Positions 46,537 to 56,328 of a stretch of 57,425 nt of DNA are shown here, piece by piece. The DNA comes from a bacterium. GTDB taxonomy: Bacteria > Krumholzibacteriota > Krumholzibacteriia > G020349025. The translations under genes and the position numbers were made by a program. Positions within the stretch are counted from its first letter, which is position 1, and every line of letters begins with the position of its first letter. The stretch spans positions 1 to 57,425 of the forward strand of contig JANLSU010000005.1 of NCBI GenBank assembly GCA_031362565.1, written 5' to 3'. The notes below the pieces were generated by a model. That model did no database searches and was not told the DNA's origin. It was given only the letters and a program-made list of their open reading frames with translations.

Positions 46537-48141
46537 TCACCTCGGACCGCCGCCGGGCGGGCGCGGCGGTTCCGGCAAGGACGCGTCGCCGCGGCTCACA
46601 TCCGGGCTCGGAGTAACGGGATTGGGCACCACGCGCTGCGTCGTCGAGAGAAGCCGGTTCGCAACTCGATTCGCGTCGCGCGCCTGTGAATTCGCGGGCT
46701 GCGTCAGCCTGGCCAACCGGGCCGCGTCGCCGAAGCCCGGGTCGATGCTCGCTGCACGCGCGAAGTTCGCGTAGGACGCGTCGAATTCTCCCGTGGAACG
46801 GTATTCGAGGCCCCGCGAGTACGCGAGCATCGCGGCAAGAGAGTTGGTCTGCTGATCGCCGACGATTTCCGCCTGCTGACTCGGCGTGAGCTTGATCCCG
46901 ATGCCGGCGACGATCTTGAGCACAATCGCCTTCTCGAGCATGACGAAGCGATCCAACCGGCCACTCGCCGTGGCGGGAACCACGGCTTCGCTCTCGGTCG
47001 GAACAATGAGCAGCTGTGATTCGAGATCGTTCCCCTGCAGGCGCAGCAATCCGGTCACAACTCGATCGGCTTTGAGAAGCCGTCCGAAGTACGGGGCCGT
47101 CGTCGAATCGACCGGAACTCGGTACCCGCGCTGCATCGCCTTCGCGGCTTGGCGCATCTCGGCGATGACGCGCAGGATCTCCTGTTGGGTGTCCGGGCCC
47201 GGGACTCCATCCGGTTCGATCGCCGTTGCCGCACGATCGGTTTGAAACGCCAACACCGCGGCGGCGAAGTCGGCGCCCCGAGTCTCGTCGGCCGGGCCCG
47301 AATAGTACGACCGCCCGGTGCTCGGGCGCACCAACGCGCGCAGCGCCGCCTTCACGCCGTGAATGTCGGTGATCGGGCCGCTCGTTGAATCGAAGCCCGC
47401 GGTGACCGCCCCGGAACCGCGGCCGGTTCCCAGGCGCAGTTCCTGCAAAAGCACGTCGAGCCGTTCGCGCTCGAGCAACGGGATCGCCATGACCTTTTTG
47501 AGGTCATACAGAATGAGGCTCGCCATGCCGCGGCCGAACACTTCCATCCCCGGCGGAAAGCCTTGCGTCGAGAACGGTGGAACCGCGAGGCTGTTCGGCA
47601 CCGGGGGCCGAGCCTGCAGGCTCCTCTCGCGTTGCAAAGCGACCCGGGATTCGCTCTTCAGACGCGCGAACAAGACGCGATCCCTGTCCCGCCACATCGC
47701 GACACGTTGGGACGGGTCCTGGTTTGCGCGCTGTACCTGCAACGTGTCGTACCGTAGAAACACGGTGATCGCTTCGAGATCGCGCCCGCGCAATTGATAC
47801 GCCTTGCCGAGGTATTCGAGGCTGCGCGGTTCGGTCGAACCCAGAATGCGGGCTCGATCCAAAAACGCGATCGCCGATTCCGCGGCCGCGGTGGAATTCG
47901 TGGCGGCGGTATCGAGTGTCGCGGCTTCGTAGTACGCAATGCCGAGGTCGGTGCTGCGACGCGCATCCTGCGGCGCCGCGCGCACCGCCTGACGGAGCAA
48001 TGGCAGGGATCCGGCGGAATACTGGCGCTCCGGCCCCGGCGCGCTCGGGCGCGGGCCGATCGTCGCACAGCCAACGACGGCGGCAATCATCGCGACGCCA
48101 AGGATCGCGTGGTGCTTCGAAGCAAGTTCTGAACAAGCCAT
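46537..48141 (-). CDS. TPR lipoprotein with CsgG/FlgO-like domain and inserted PG-binding domain, paralog of 32691..34520
   Basis: Lipobox AVVGC. SLAVPPF..GRGMASLI..LLERERL..AVLAFQ..PDGVPGPDT..VDSTTAPYFGRLLKA..VVTG. C-terminal LPEPPRPP. Confidence 0.8.
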   Translation of the reverse strand: MACSELASKHHAILGVAMIAAVVGCATIGPRPSAPGPERQYSAGSLPLLRQAVRAAPQDARRSTDLGIAYYEAATLDTAATNSTAAAESAIAFLDRARILGSTEPRSLEYLGKAYQLRGRDLEAITVFLRYDTLQVQRANQDPSQRVAMWRDRDRVLFARLKSESRVALQRERSLQARPPVPNSLAVPPFSTQGFPPGMEVFGRGMASLILYDLKKVMAIPLLERERLDVLLQELRLGTGRGSGAVTAGFDSTSGPITDIHGVKAALRALVRPSTGRSYYSGPADETRGADFAAAVLAFQTDRAATAIEPDGVPGPDTQQEILRVIAEMRQAAKAMQRGYRVPVDSTTAPYFGRLLKADRVVTGLLRLQGNDLESQLLIVPTESEAVVPATASGRLDRFVMLEKAIVLKIVAGIGIKLTPSQQAEIVGDQQTNSLAAMLAYSRGLEYRSTGEFDASYANFARAASIDPGFGDAARLARLTQPANSQARDANRVANRLLSTTQRVVPNPVTPSPDVSRGDASLPEPPRPPGGGPR

Positions 48142-48228
48142 GGCGAAACGTCCGTTCCCTCAGAACGAGGAACCGCACGGCGTCGTTGCCGCGCGTCGCC
48201 GCACATCCCATTTCCCAAAGGAGCGAGG

Positions 48229-48396
48229 CAGTGTAGCACAAGAGCGATTGGTCTTCCGGAGCCGGCGCAAGCCCGGTCACCGCCCAATCGCCGTGTCGCT
48301 CCCGTCCAGACGCGCCGGAAACCCAGTCCAGGCGCGCCCCTGCACGCTGCGACCCGATGTGTTTCTTGTCCCTTTCGGCCCACGATGCCGTATGAT
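48229..48396. promoter_or_regulatory. Divergent promoter region
   Basis: Minus strand has an extended -10 TGcTACACT near 48231-48239. Plus strand has TTGTCC-N19-TATGAT (48366-48396), with a long spacer. Confidence 0.35.
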
Positions 48397-48521
48397 TGCC
48401 CGCCAAGCGATCAGAACAAGGGTGGATGGGACACTCGCCGGGTGCAGGCGCGCGTTTGCGCCAGCATGCGCGCGAGCGAAGTCGTGACGGATCGCGACGA
48501 TCGCCCAATGGAGATTCGAGC

Positions 48522-51500
48522 GTGTCGATCCGCGCCGCAATCCTTACAGCCGTCTTGATCGTGTGGAACCACGAGGCAGCAGCCACGGTGCGCACGACGT
48601 TGGCCTCGGGTGCGTACGAGGATCAAACGACATGGAGCGGAGGCCAAGTCCCGGCCACCACCGACTCCGTCATTGTTGCCGCGCTGCACACCGTGACGTT
48701 GAGTGCCAGCACAATTTGTGCGCGCCTCGAGATCCGTGGTTCGCTCGTGTTTCTAGCGTCGGGGGGAACGGCGCCGACCCTGACCGTGCAAGGGACCTTT
48801 CTCCAGCAGAGCGGTGCTCTGCACCTCGGGACCGGAGGGCTCGAAGTCGAAGGCGACTTCGTACACAACGCCGGTACCTTCGACGCCACGAACGGCACGA
48901 CGCGACTCGTCACGAACCAAGAGCAGCGGCTCGATGGTGGAACGACTGGTGTGCTGTTCGGAGCACTCGAGGTGGCGGGAACCGGCAGTACGCTGATCGT
49001 GACGAGCCATGCAATCGCCACAACCGGTGATTTGAGCGTGACGTCCCAGCTCGGCCTTGACGCGGCGATCGCCACCACAATCGTCGTCGGAGGCAACCTG
49101 CTCTACGCCGGCGTTCCGGGCGGCGCGCATCTCGACCTCGTGACGGTGAAACTCACGAACCCGTCGGGTCTGATACTGCCGGACAATCTTGTGGCGGGAA
49201 ACGCCGCACACCCGGCCGTGGTCGAGTCGTTTGCGACCGCCCGCGTTCATTGGCGCACCGACCCGTCGCGCGCCCGGCCCGCCGGCCCCGCCGGCGCCGA
49301 CGGTAAAGTTCCGATCGTTCTCGAAAACACCTTCGAGCGGCGCCGCCGCGACGTCGACCGGCTCTTCGCCGGCAGCGATCGCCACGCCCGGCTCGTTCTG
49401 GACCTCGATGATCGCACCCTCGTCCGCAATCCCTCTATCCCGGTGTTGCGCCGTGGCCCGGCCGTGGACCTGGACCTGAATGTCGAGGTCGTAACCGGCG
49501 CCGCGTATGAGTTGGCAAGCAATGTCGACATCGTTGCCGGCCGGGCGGTGACGGTCAAGGGCAGCCTCCATTGCGAAACATTCAGCATCGGCGGCGACGG
49601 CGATGTCACCGTCACAAGCACGGGGCGGCTCGGCACCAAGACGCTCGATCCGGCAGGGCTCGGGGCGACGCTCGTGAATGCCGGAACGAACACCTTCGTC
49701 GACGCGATCGTGGACTACGAAGCCGCCGGCTCCCAAACCGTGCATGCCGCGGCCCATCCGGGCGCCGCGATGATCTACACCAGTGGTTCGGGAACGAAGA
49801 CACTCGACGGCGACCTGGAGCTGACCGGCAACTCGGGATCGGCGCTCGTCAAGGGCGCGCTGCGGGTTGCCGGAACCTCGACGTTCGCGGACGACGGACA
49901 TCGGCTCGCGTTCACGACCGCCGGCTTCGCGAACGTTGTGGTGGACCCGGGAGGAACGTTCGAATCCTCCCCCGGCGGTGCGATCGTCTACGGTCCGGGC
50001 GCGGTTGGCTCCGGACTCCGGGCGGCGAACGGCACGCGATTCGGTGATCTCGAACTGCGCTTCAACGCCGCATCCAATGCCGTGCGCCTGTATGCGGGCG
50101 GCGCGAGCGACATCGCCGTTCAGTTTCGCACCGTACGATTCCTCGGCACCGCCGGCGGGACGTTGCGGCTGAGCCAAGCCCCCGACCTCGGCGCCACCAA
50201 CGTCACCGTCACGGACAGCGTTCTGATCGCTCCGGAAGCGGTTTCGAGTAGCGGCGGCGGCTTCGGCGGCGCCACCGGCAAGACCAGCCGCATCACGGTG
50301 CTCGGCGACCTCGTTTCGCACAGCACGAATCCGATTCAAGCAATCTTCGATGCCACGGGAACGAATCGTCTGGTGATGCAGGGCGCAGCACGCCAATCGC
50401 TGCATTTCGATACCGGCGCCTCGATCTTCAACGGTTCGACGCTGGCGCTCGACAATGCAAGCGGCGTCGAACTGGCGGGCGCCGGGCCGAAGACCGTTTC
50501 GATCCTGGGCACATTGCGATTTGATGCCGGCAATTTCGACACCGGTGCGGATGTCCTGTTCGTCCCGGGCACGGTCACCGGGACGGGCGGGTTTGTCGTC
50601 GGGCGGCTCCAAAAAACCGTGCCCACAGGAACGAGTAATCGTGCCTTCGAGGTCGGCCCGGATGCCGCACGGCCACTCGCGCTTCGAACGATCGGTGCGG
50701 CGCCGGGCGGCACGGTCACGGTGCAAACGGTGAGTGGGATTCAGGATCTCGCCGGATCGGGCCTCGAGGACGCGTCTGCGGTCCAGCGGCGCTGGACAAT
50801 CTCGAGTTCGGGGGTGCGTTTCACGAGCGCCGAACTGACGCTACCCTTTGCGAACCCCAGCGATTTGCGGGACCCAGCGGCCGACCCGGCGGGTTTCGTC
50901 GTGGCCCGTCATGACGCGAGCGGCTGGCTCCTGTTGCCGCCCGATGCGGCGACCGGGACCGATCAAACAAAAGCGACGGGCATCCGCGCGTTCGGCGATT
51001 TCTTCGTGGGCGCGACGTGCCCGGTGATCACACTCACGCCGGTGTCGCTTCCAGGCGCGGCGAAAGGCCAGACGTACGCCGGCGACCCGATTACGGCGGC
51101 GGGTGGCGCCGCAGGTTACGTTTTTACCGTCGCGTCCGGTGCCCTGCCGCCGGGCCTCAATCTCGGCGCGCAGGGTGCATGGAGCGGCGCCGCGACAGTC
51201 GTTGGCGACTTTGCATTCACGGTGCGCGCCGAAGACGCCAACGGCTGCACCGGCGAGCGGGCGTACACGCTCGCGGTGGGCCCGGCCCCGGTTACGGCGC
51301 TCGCGACCGGAAGTGCGACTCCCGGCGACCGGCAAGTGACACTGCGATGGATCAATCCCGTCGATCCCGACGTGCAGAACGTCGTCATTCGATTTGCGGC
51401 CGGAACGCCACTGGGTGCGAGCCCCACTGAAGGGCAGTTCCTGACGCGCCTCGATTTCCGAGATTCGGTGTTCGTGCATCATCCGAGCGCCAACGGCACC

Positions 51501-54500
51501 GCGCAGTTCTACAACATCTTCACGGTCGATCGCACCGCGCGACCGTCGACGGTGTTGCAACTCGCCGCAACACCCGCCGACACGCTGCATCCCGGCCCGG
51601 TCACGAGCCCGCTCGCGCAAGCCGGCGATGGATTCGTGCAGCTCGCCTGGGTCAACCCGCCGGACCCGGATTTCGAACGCACGCGCCTCGAGTTCACTGC
51701 CACTCCGAGCGATTCGACGAGTTGGGCCCCGGTCAACTCGCCAGGTGATTTCCCGGCTGCGCCGGGCAGCACCGGGTCGTTCCGGCAATTGAATCTCGTC
51801 AACGAAACCACGTATCGATATCGTTGGATCGCACTCGATGACGATGACCTGCAGTCAGCCGCCGCGTCCCTCGATGCGACGCCACGCGACGTGACTCCGC
51901 CCGGGCCCGTCCCCAGCTTGACCGCGACCCCACTTGCGGCGGGTGCGGCCCTACAGATCGTTTGGACGCTGCCGCGCGACGCCGATTTGAATCGCGTCGT
52001 TCTGCGCCGCTCGACACTCGGCTTCCCCGCCGATCCAACGGCGGGCGAAGCGGTCGGTACGGGAGAATTCTTGCCGGCGGTGACGAGCGTCGTCGACAGC
52101 GGGCTCGCGAACGGTGGGCGGGTCTTCTACAGCATCTGGGCGCGCGACGAGGTGCCGGGCAACTTCTCGGAGCCGACCCACGCCACTGGAATCCCCGCCG
52201 ATGTGCAACCACCCGACCCGCTCGCGCCCGGGAGCTTCGTGGCCACGAGCCGCGATACGGGCGTGGATTTGGCATGGACCGGTGTTCCGTCGAGCGATTT
52301 CAAGGGCACGCACGTCCGCTCTTCGACCGACGCGCCACCCACGAGTCCGGTCCAGGGTCTGCCCGTCCCGAACGGCAGCAATGGGGACTTCCCGCGCAAC
52401 GCGGCCAACACGTATGCGTTTTCGCATCCGGGCCTGGTGAACGGAGTGCGCGTCTATTACGCGGCCTTCAGTTTCGATACGGCACGCAACTTTTCTCAAC
52501 CGCGGCAGGCAAGCGCAATTCCGGCGGACGTCGATGCGCCGCCGCCGGCGGCGATTCTGCGTACCAGGGCTGGGGACCGCGCCGTGACTCTGACCCTTGT
52601 GACGCCGAGCGGAACCGCGGCCAACGACTTGCGAGGCATCACCGTCGTCGTCTCGACCACCGGCTTCCCGGCCGACGAACGCGGCGGAACGATCGTCGCA
52701 CGGCTCGACGCCGGACCGGGCGAGACACACGAGGTGCTGCATTCCGGGCTCCAAAACGGCACCACGTATTTCTACAGTGCGTTCAGCTTCGACGAGGTCC
52801 CGAACTACTCGCGACCCGCCGCCCAGGCGAGTGCGACCGCAGCCGACGCCGGCCCCCCACAGCCGCTGACGTTCTTCGACGCGGAACGCGGCGACGAATC
52901 CGTGCGCATCGTGTGGACCAATCCGCCGGATGCCGACTTCAACCACACACGCATCGAATTCGAGACGGCGCGAAGTCCGGGATTCCAGCCGGTCCCCAAC
53001 GATTCGAACGGGGTGTTCCAGGCGCCGCCGGGCGCGGTGCGGTCCTTTCTGCACCGCAGTCTGCTCAATGGCGGCCTCTACCGCTATCGCGCCGTCGCAG
53101 TCGACGACGACAGCCACGACTCCGCACCGCCGGACACGGCTGCGGCGATCCCGCGCGATACGACGCCGCCCGACCCGATGCGCGCGTTCACGGCAACGCC
53201 GCTTGCCGAAGGAAAGAAGGTGGCTTTGGCGTGGACGGTACCCGCGAATGCGGCGGCGGATTCTTTCTTCGCGGTGATCAACGTTTCGACACGCGGCAAT
53301 CCGGTCGACCCCACCGACGGCACTCGCATCGGCGACTTTGGCCGCCAAGTGACGGCGGCGCTGGATTCGGGCCGCGCCAATGGCATACCCCTCTTCTATG
53401 CCATCTGGGGCCGCGATGAAGCCGGGAATCTCTCGCAGCCGTCGTACGCAACCGCGACGCCGCGCGATATCGTGCCGCCGCCGCGACTCGATGGCTTCTT
53501 CGCGCAGCGTAGCGACGGCAGTGTCCTGCTGCGGTGGGTCCTGCCGACGCCGCGCGGCGATTTCGCGCGAACCCACCTGCGCTTCTCCACCGTCGCGCCG
53601 CCCGCGACGCAGCGCGACGGCGCGCCGGTCCCCAACACGGCGGGCGGCTTCTTCCCTGCCGGTGTGACCGCATTTCCGCATCCCGGCCTCACGAACGGCG
53701 GCCGTGTTTTCTATAGTGCGTTCGCAGTGGATGCGGACTCCAATTTCGCATCGCCATTGCAAGCGACCGCAGTTCCTGCCGACACGATTCCAACCGCGGC
53801 GGTTGCCGGCCTGAGCGCCGCGCCGGATTTCGCCAGCGTCCGGCTCACATGGACGAACCCCATCGACACGGATTTCCGCGGCGTACTGATCCGGTTCACC
53901 GACAGTACTGCCGTCGGTTGCCCGGGCGCGCGGCGGGGCTCGCTCGTCGCGCGCGTGCTTGCCGAGCCCGGCACCGCCAGCAGTTTCGTGCATCGTCCGT
54001 TGCAGAACGAGACGCGTTACTTCTACAGCGTTACGGCCTTCGACGACGAGGCCGGGCCGAATCTCGCGGCACCAGCCTGCGCGCTGGCGGTGGCCGGCGA
54101 TCACGTGCCGCCGGACTCGTTGCCGAGTTTCGTCGCCGAGCCGGCGCCGGACACGATCACACTCACCTGGATCAATCCGCCCGATGCGGACTTCGCGTTC
54201 ACGAAGATCGTGTTCACGAACGATCATTTCGTTTCGACGCCCGACGATTCGACCGCGAATCCCGTCCCCAACGCGGCGAACGATGGGGTTTTCACGGGGC
54301 AGCCGGACTCGACCGTGACCTTCGTACACCGGGGCGTGGCACCGGGGACGTCCTATTTCTATAGTGCCTTCACCTTCGACACGTATGTCGTGAACGGCGC
54401 GCACCCGAATGGGTCCGCTGCCGCGACCGTTTCGGCCCGCGTGCTGGACGGCGTGCCCCCGGCGGTAGTGACGGCGTTCCAAGCCCGGGCCGTGACCCGC

Positions 54501-56249
54501 CCCGGGCAGCCACACGATCTGCTCGACGACGCGGTCGATATCGAACTGCAATGGACACCACCGCCGGCCGGGAACGGCCCGGCGGACGACCTGGCGGGAG
54601 TTCTCATTCGCTTCTCCAGTACCGAGCCGCCGCAGACGCCGTCCGGCGGTCTGCCGTTCCCGAACGGCAACGACGGACGTTTCACACCGCAGATTCACGC
54701 CGTAACGCACCCGTCGCTGGTCCCCGGCGTGCGCTATTTCTACAGCGCGTTCGCTTTCGACACCAACCCGCAGCCCAACTATTCACCGCCGCAGTTCCAG
54801 TCAGCCACGCCCGCAACCCAGACGGATTCCATTCCGCTGGCGATCGCGCGCAACGGCAAAGAGTTTCCCAGGCCGGGCTTGTACCAGCTGGTTTCGGTCC
54901 CGTATGACGTCGAGGCCGAGACGTCCGCCAGCCTGCACCTCCCGGACATCTTCGGCCGATTGGGCGAGCCGGGACGTGACTGGCGTGGTTTCTCCTGGAC
55001 GGGAATCGACTCCACGGGCCAAGTCATTCAGACTGAGAACCCGGTGTTTCGAAGCGGCAGGGGCTACTGGCTCATCGCGCGTAAATCGCTGGTCTCGCAA
55101 TATCTGGAGACTGCCGCCGGGCAAAAGCAAATCGGCCGGCGCTCCAGTGCGCCGCGCTTGCAGCTCGAGGAGGGATGGAACATCGTCGGTGCGCCGCTCG
55201 TGGCACCACCGGGACGGCTGGGCGCCGACTCCGCGGTGGTGCGCGGCGAGGATGTGCGGATCGTGCTCCCGGCAAGCGGCCGGTCGCTGACACTCGCAGA
55301 AGCCCGTGACGCGCGCATCATCGACGGTGTGTTCTACCGCTTCAACGAACGCGGTCCCAGCATGCAGAACTCGCCCGGCGCCTATACGCCGGAGCCGGTC
55401 GATGGCGCCGTGTTACGCGCCTGGCGAGGACGGTTGTTGTATGCCTATCAGACCTGCGAGCTGTGCTATTACTGCGGCCTGCTCCCCAACGAACAAAGTT
55501 CGCCCAAGCCGGCGCGCGACGAGGTTCCCGACTGGCAATTCGATGTCATCGCGTCGAGTGTCGGTCGCGACGACGATGCGGTGCGCATCGGCACGGCACC
55601 GGGAGCGTCGTCCGGCTGGGACCGCCTCGATCACCCGAAACCTCCGGCGCCGGACGAAGGTCTCACCGTCGCGATCGATCACCCGGCCTGGAATCGAATT
55701 CCGGTGCCGTACGCGCAATCCATCGACGGCCCTGGCGACGGCGACCACCGCTGGGCGCTACGGGTCCGTGGCGCCGCCGACCGGGTGCGAATCGCCTGGC
55801 CGGATGTGAGTTCGCTGCCACCCGGGTGGAGCGCGTATCTCGTGCTTCCGGTCGGCGCGGCCGTCCCGATGGAACACGGCACCAACTTTGAAACACCGGT
55901 CGCGAACGGCGTTGCGACCTTCGAAGTGCTGGTAACGCGCGCGACCTGGTCGGGACCGGTCGTTCGAAGCGGCGACAGTGGCCTGCTGCCGCTGCACGGA
56001 GTGCAGCGGATCGGTGGGATCCGGCTCGCCTACCAAGCGCTCGAACCGGGGCTCGCGGACCTGCGTGTCTATGACGTGCGCGGCCGTCTGGTGCGGAATT
56101 GGGGGCCAATGTCGGGCGGTGTAGGGACCCACGAGCTGCGCTGGGACGGGCGCTCGAATGCCGGCGGACGCATCGCGTCGGGCGTCTACGTTGTCGATCT
56201 GCGACTCGGGCCGCAGCGCAGTACGAGCAAGCTCGTCCTGCTGCGCTAG
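48522..56249 (+). CDS. Giant (~2,575 aa) secreted adhesin-like protein: G8-like/beta-helix N-terminus, putative Ig, 11 FN3-like repeats, shared C-terminal module and FlgD-Ig/CTD-like tail
   Basis: GTG after GGAG and a signal peptide. SG.Y....TWSGGQVP...DSVIV. SGALPPGLNL (He_PIG-like). Repeated DxxPP..W..P.D.D..L.NG..Y.Y....D..N.S. Tail LRVYDVRGRLV..WDGRS..G.RIASGVY. Confidence 0.88.
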   Translation: MSIRAAILTAVLIVWNHEAAATVRTTLASGAYEDQTTWSGGQVPATTDSVIVAALHTVTLSASTICARLEIRGSLVFLASGGTAPTLTVQGTFLQQSGALHLGTGGLEVEGDFVHNAGTFDATNGTTRLVTNQEQRLDGGTTGVLFGALEVAGTGSTLIVTSHAIATTGDLSVTSQLGLDAAIATTIVVGGNLLYAGVPGGAHLDLVTVKLTNPSGLILPDNLVAGNAAHPAVVESFATARVHWRTDPSRARPAGPAGADGKVPIVLENTFERRRRDVDRLFAGSDRHARLVLDLDDRTLVRNPSIPVLRRGPAVDLDLNVEVVTGAAYELASNVDIVAGRAVTVKGSLHCETFSIGGDGDVTVTSTGRLGTKTLDPAGLGATLVNAGTNTFVDAIVDYEAAGSQTVHAAAHPGAAMIYTSGSGTKTLDGDLELTGNSGSALVKGALRVAGTSTFADDGHRLAFTTAGFANVVVDPGGTFESSPGGAIVYGPGAVGSGLRAANGTRFGDLELRFNAASNAVRLYAGGASDIAVQFRTVRFLGTAGGTLRLSQAPDLGATNVTVTDSVLIAPEAVSSSGGGFGGATGKTSRITVLGDLVSHSTNPIQAIFDATGTNRLVMQGAARQSLHFDTGASIFNGSTLALDNASGVELAGAGPKTVSILGTLRFDAGNFDTGADVLFVPGTVTGTGGFVVGRLQKTVPTGTSNRAFEVGPDAARPLALRTIGAAPGGTVTVQTVSGIQDLAGSGLEDASAVQRRWTISSSGVRFTSAELTLPFANPSDLRDPAADPAGFVVARHDASGWLLLPPDAATGTDQTKATGIRAFGDFFVGATCPVITLTPVSLPGAAKGQTYAGDPITAAGGAAGYVFTVASGALPPGLNLGAQGAWSGAATVVGDFAFTVRAEDANGCTGERAYTLAVGPAPVTALATGSATPGDRQVTLRWINPVDPDVQNVVIRFAAGTPLGASPTEGQFLTRLDFRDSVFVHHPSANGTAQFYNIFTVDRTARPSTVLQLAATPADTLHPGPVTSPLAQAGDGFVQLAWVNPPDPDFERTRLEFTATPSDSTSWAPVNSPGDFPAAPGSTGSFRQLNLVNETTYRYRWIALDDDDLQSAAASLDATPRDVTPPGPVPSLTATPLAAGAALQIVWTLPRDADLNRVVLRRSTLGFPADPTAGEAVGTGEFLPAVTSVVDSGLANGGRVFYSIWARDEVPGNFSEPTHATGIPADVQPPDPLAPGSFVATSRDTGVDLAWTGVPSSDFKGTHVRSSTDAPPTSPVQGLPVPNGSNGDFPRNAANTYAFSHPGLVNGVRVYYAAFSFDTARNFSQPRQASAIPADVDAPPPAAILRTRAGDRAVTLTLVTPSGTAANDLRGITVVVSTTGFPADERGGTIVARLDAGPGETHEVLHSGLQNGTTYFYSAFSFDEVPNYSRPAAQASATAADAGPPQPLTFFDAERGDESVRIVWTNPPDADFNHTRIEFETARSPGFQPVPNDSNGVFQAPPGAVRSFLHRSLLNGGLYRYRAVAVDDDSHDSAPPDTAAAIPRDTTPPDPMRAFTATPLAEGKKVALAWTVPANAAADSFFAVINVSTRGNPVDPTDGTRIGDFGRQVTAALDSGRANGIPLFYAIWGRDEAGNLSQPSYATATPRDIVPPPRLDGFFAQRSDGSVLLRWVLPTPRGDFARTHLRFSTVAPPATQRDGAPVPNTAGGFFPAGVTAFPHPGLTNGGRVFYSAFAVDADSNFASPLQATAVPADTIPTAAVAGLSAAPDFASVRLTWTNPIDTDFRGVLIRFTDSTAVGCPGARRGSLVARVLAEPGTASSFVHRPLQNETRYFYSVTAFDDEAGPNLAAPACALAVAGDHVPPDSLPSFVAEPAPDTITLTWINPPDADFAFTKIVFTNDHFVSTPDDSTANPVPNAANDGVFTGQPDSTVTFVHRGVAPGTSYFYSAFTFDTYVVNGAHPNGSAAATVSARVLDGVPPAVVTAFQARAVTRPGQPHDLLDDAVDIELQWTPPPAGNGPADDLAGVLIRFSSTEPPQTPSGGLPFPNGNDGRFTPQIHAVTHPSLVPGVRYFYSAFAFDTNPQPNYSPPQFQSATPATQTDSIPLAIARNGKEFPRPGLYQLVSVPYDVEAETSASLHLPDIFGRLGEPGRDWRGFSWTGIDSTGQVIQTENPVFRSGRGYWLIARKSLVSQYLETAAGQKQIGRRSSAPRLQLEEGWNIVGAPLVAPPGRLGADSAVVRGEDVRIVLPASGRSLTLAEARDARIIDGVFYRFNERGPSMQNSPGAYTPEPVDGAVLRAWRGRLLYAYQTCELCYYCGLLPNEQSSPKPARDEVPDWQFDVIASSVGRDDDAVRIGTAPGASSGWDRLDHPKPPAPDEGLTVAIDHPAWNRIPVPYAQSIDGPGDGDHRWALRVRGAADRVRIAWPDVSSLPPGWSAYLVLPVGAAVPMEHGTNFETPVANGVATFEVLVTRATWSGPVVRSGDSGLLPLHGVQRIGGIRLAYQALEPGLADLRVYDVRGRLVRNWGPMSGGVGTHELRWDGRSNAGGRIASGVYVVDLRLGPQRSTSKLVLLR
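51282..54815 (+). repeat. 11 tandem ~100-aa FN3-like repeats
   Basis: Each unit begins DxxPP(x)P or similar, nearly all have a Trp-bearing strand, and each ends Y(F/R)Y..(A/S)xD. Confidence 0.85.
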
Positions 56250-56277
56250 ACCCTATCCATCGCCAAGCAGCGCCCGC

Positions 56278-56308
56278 AAAAACGGCCACGCCCGAGCGGG
56301 ACGCGCCG
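56278..56308 (-). terminator. Rho-independent terminator of the minus-strand response-regulator gene
   Basis: Minus strand reads CGGCGCGTCCC-GCTC-GGGCGTGGCCG followed by TTTTT, between converging genes. Confidence 0.55.
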
Positions 56309-56328
56309 GTGAACGCCGGCACTCCGCC

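Noticed and set aside
55450..55480. CELCYYC in the giant protein as a heme or FeS site
   Set aside because: It is not CxxCH, and only one Cys is matched in the paralogous modules. A disulfide is more likely.
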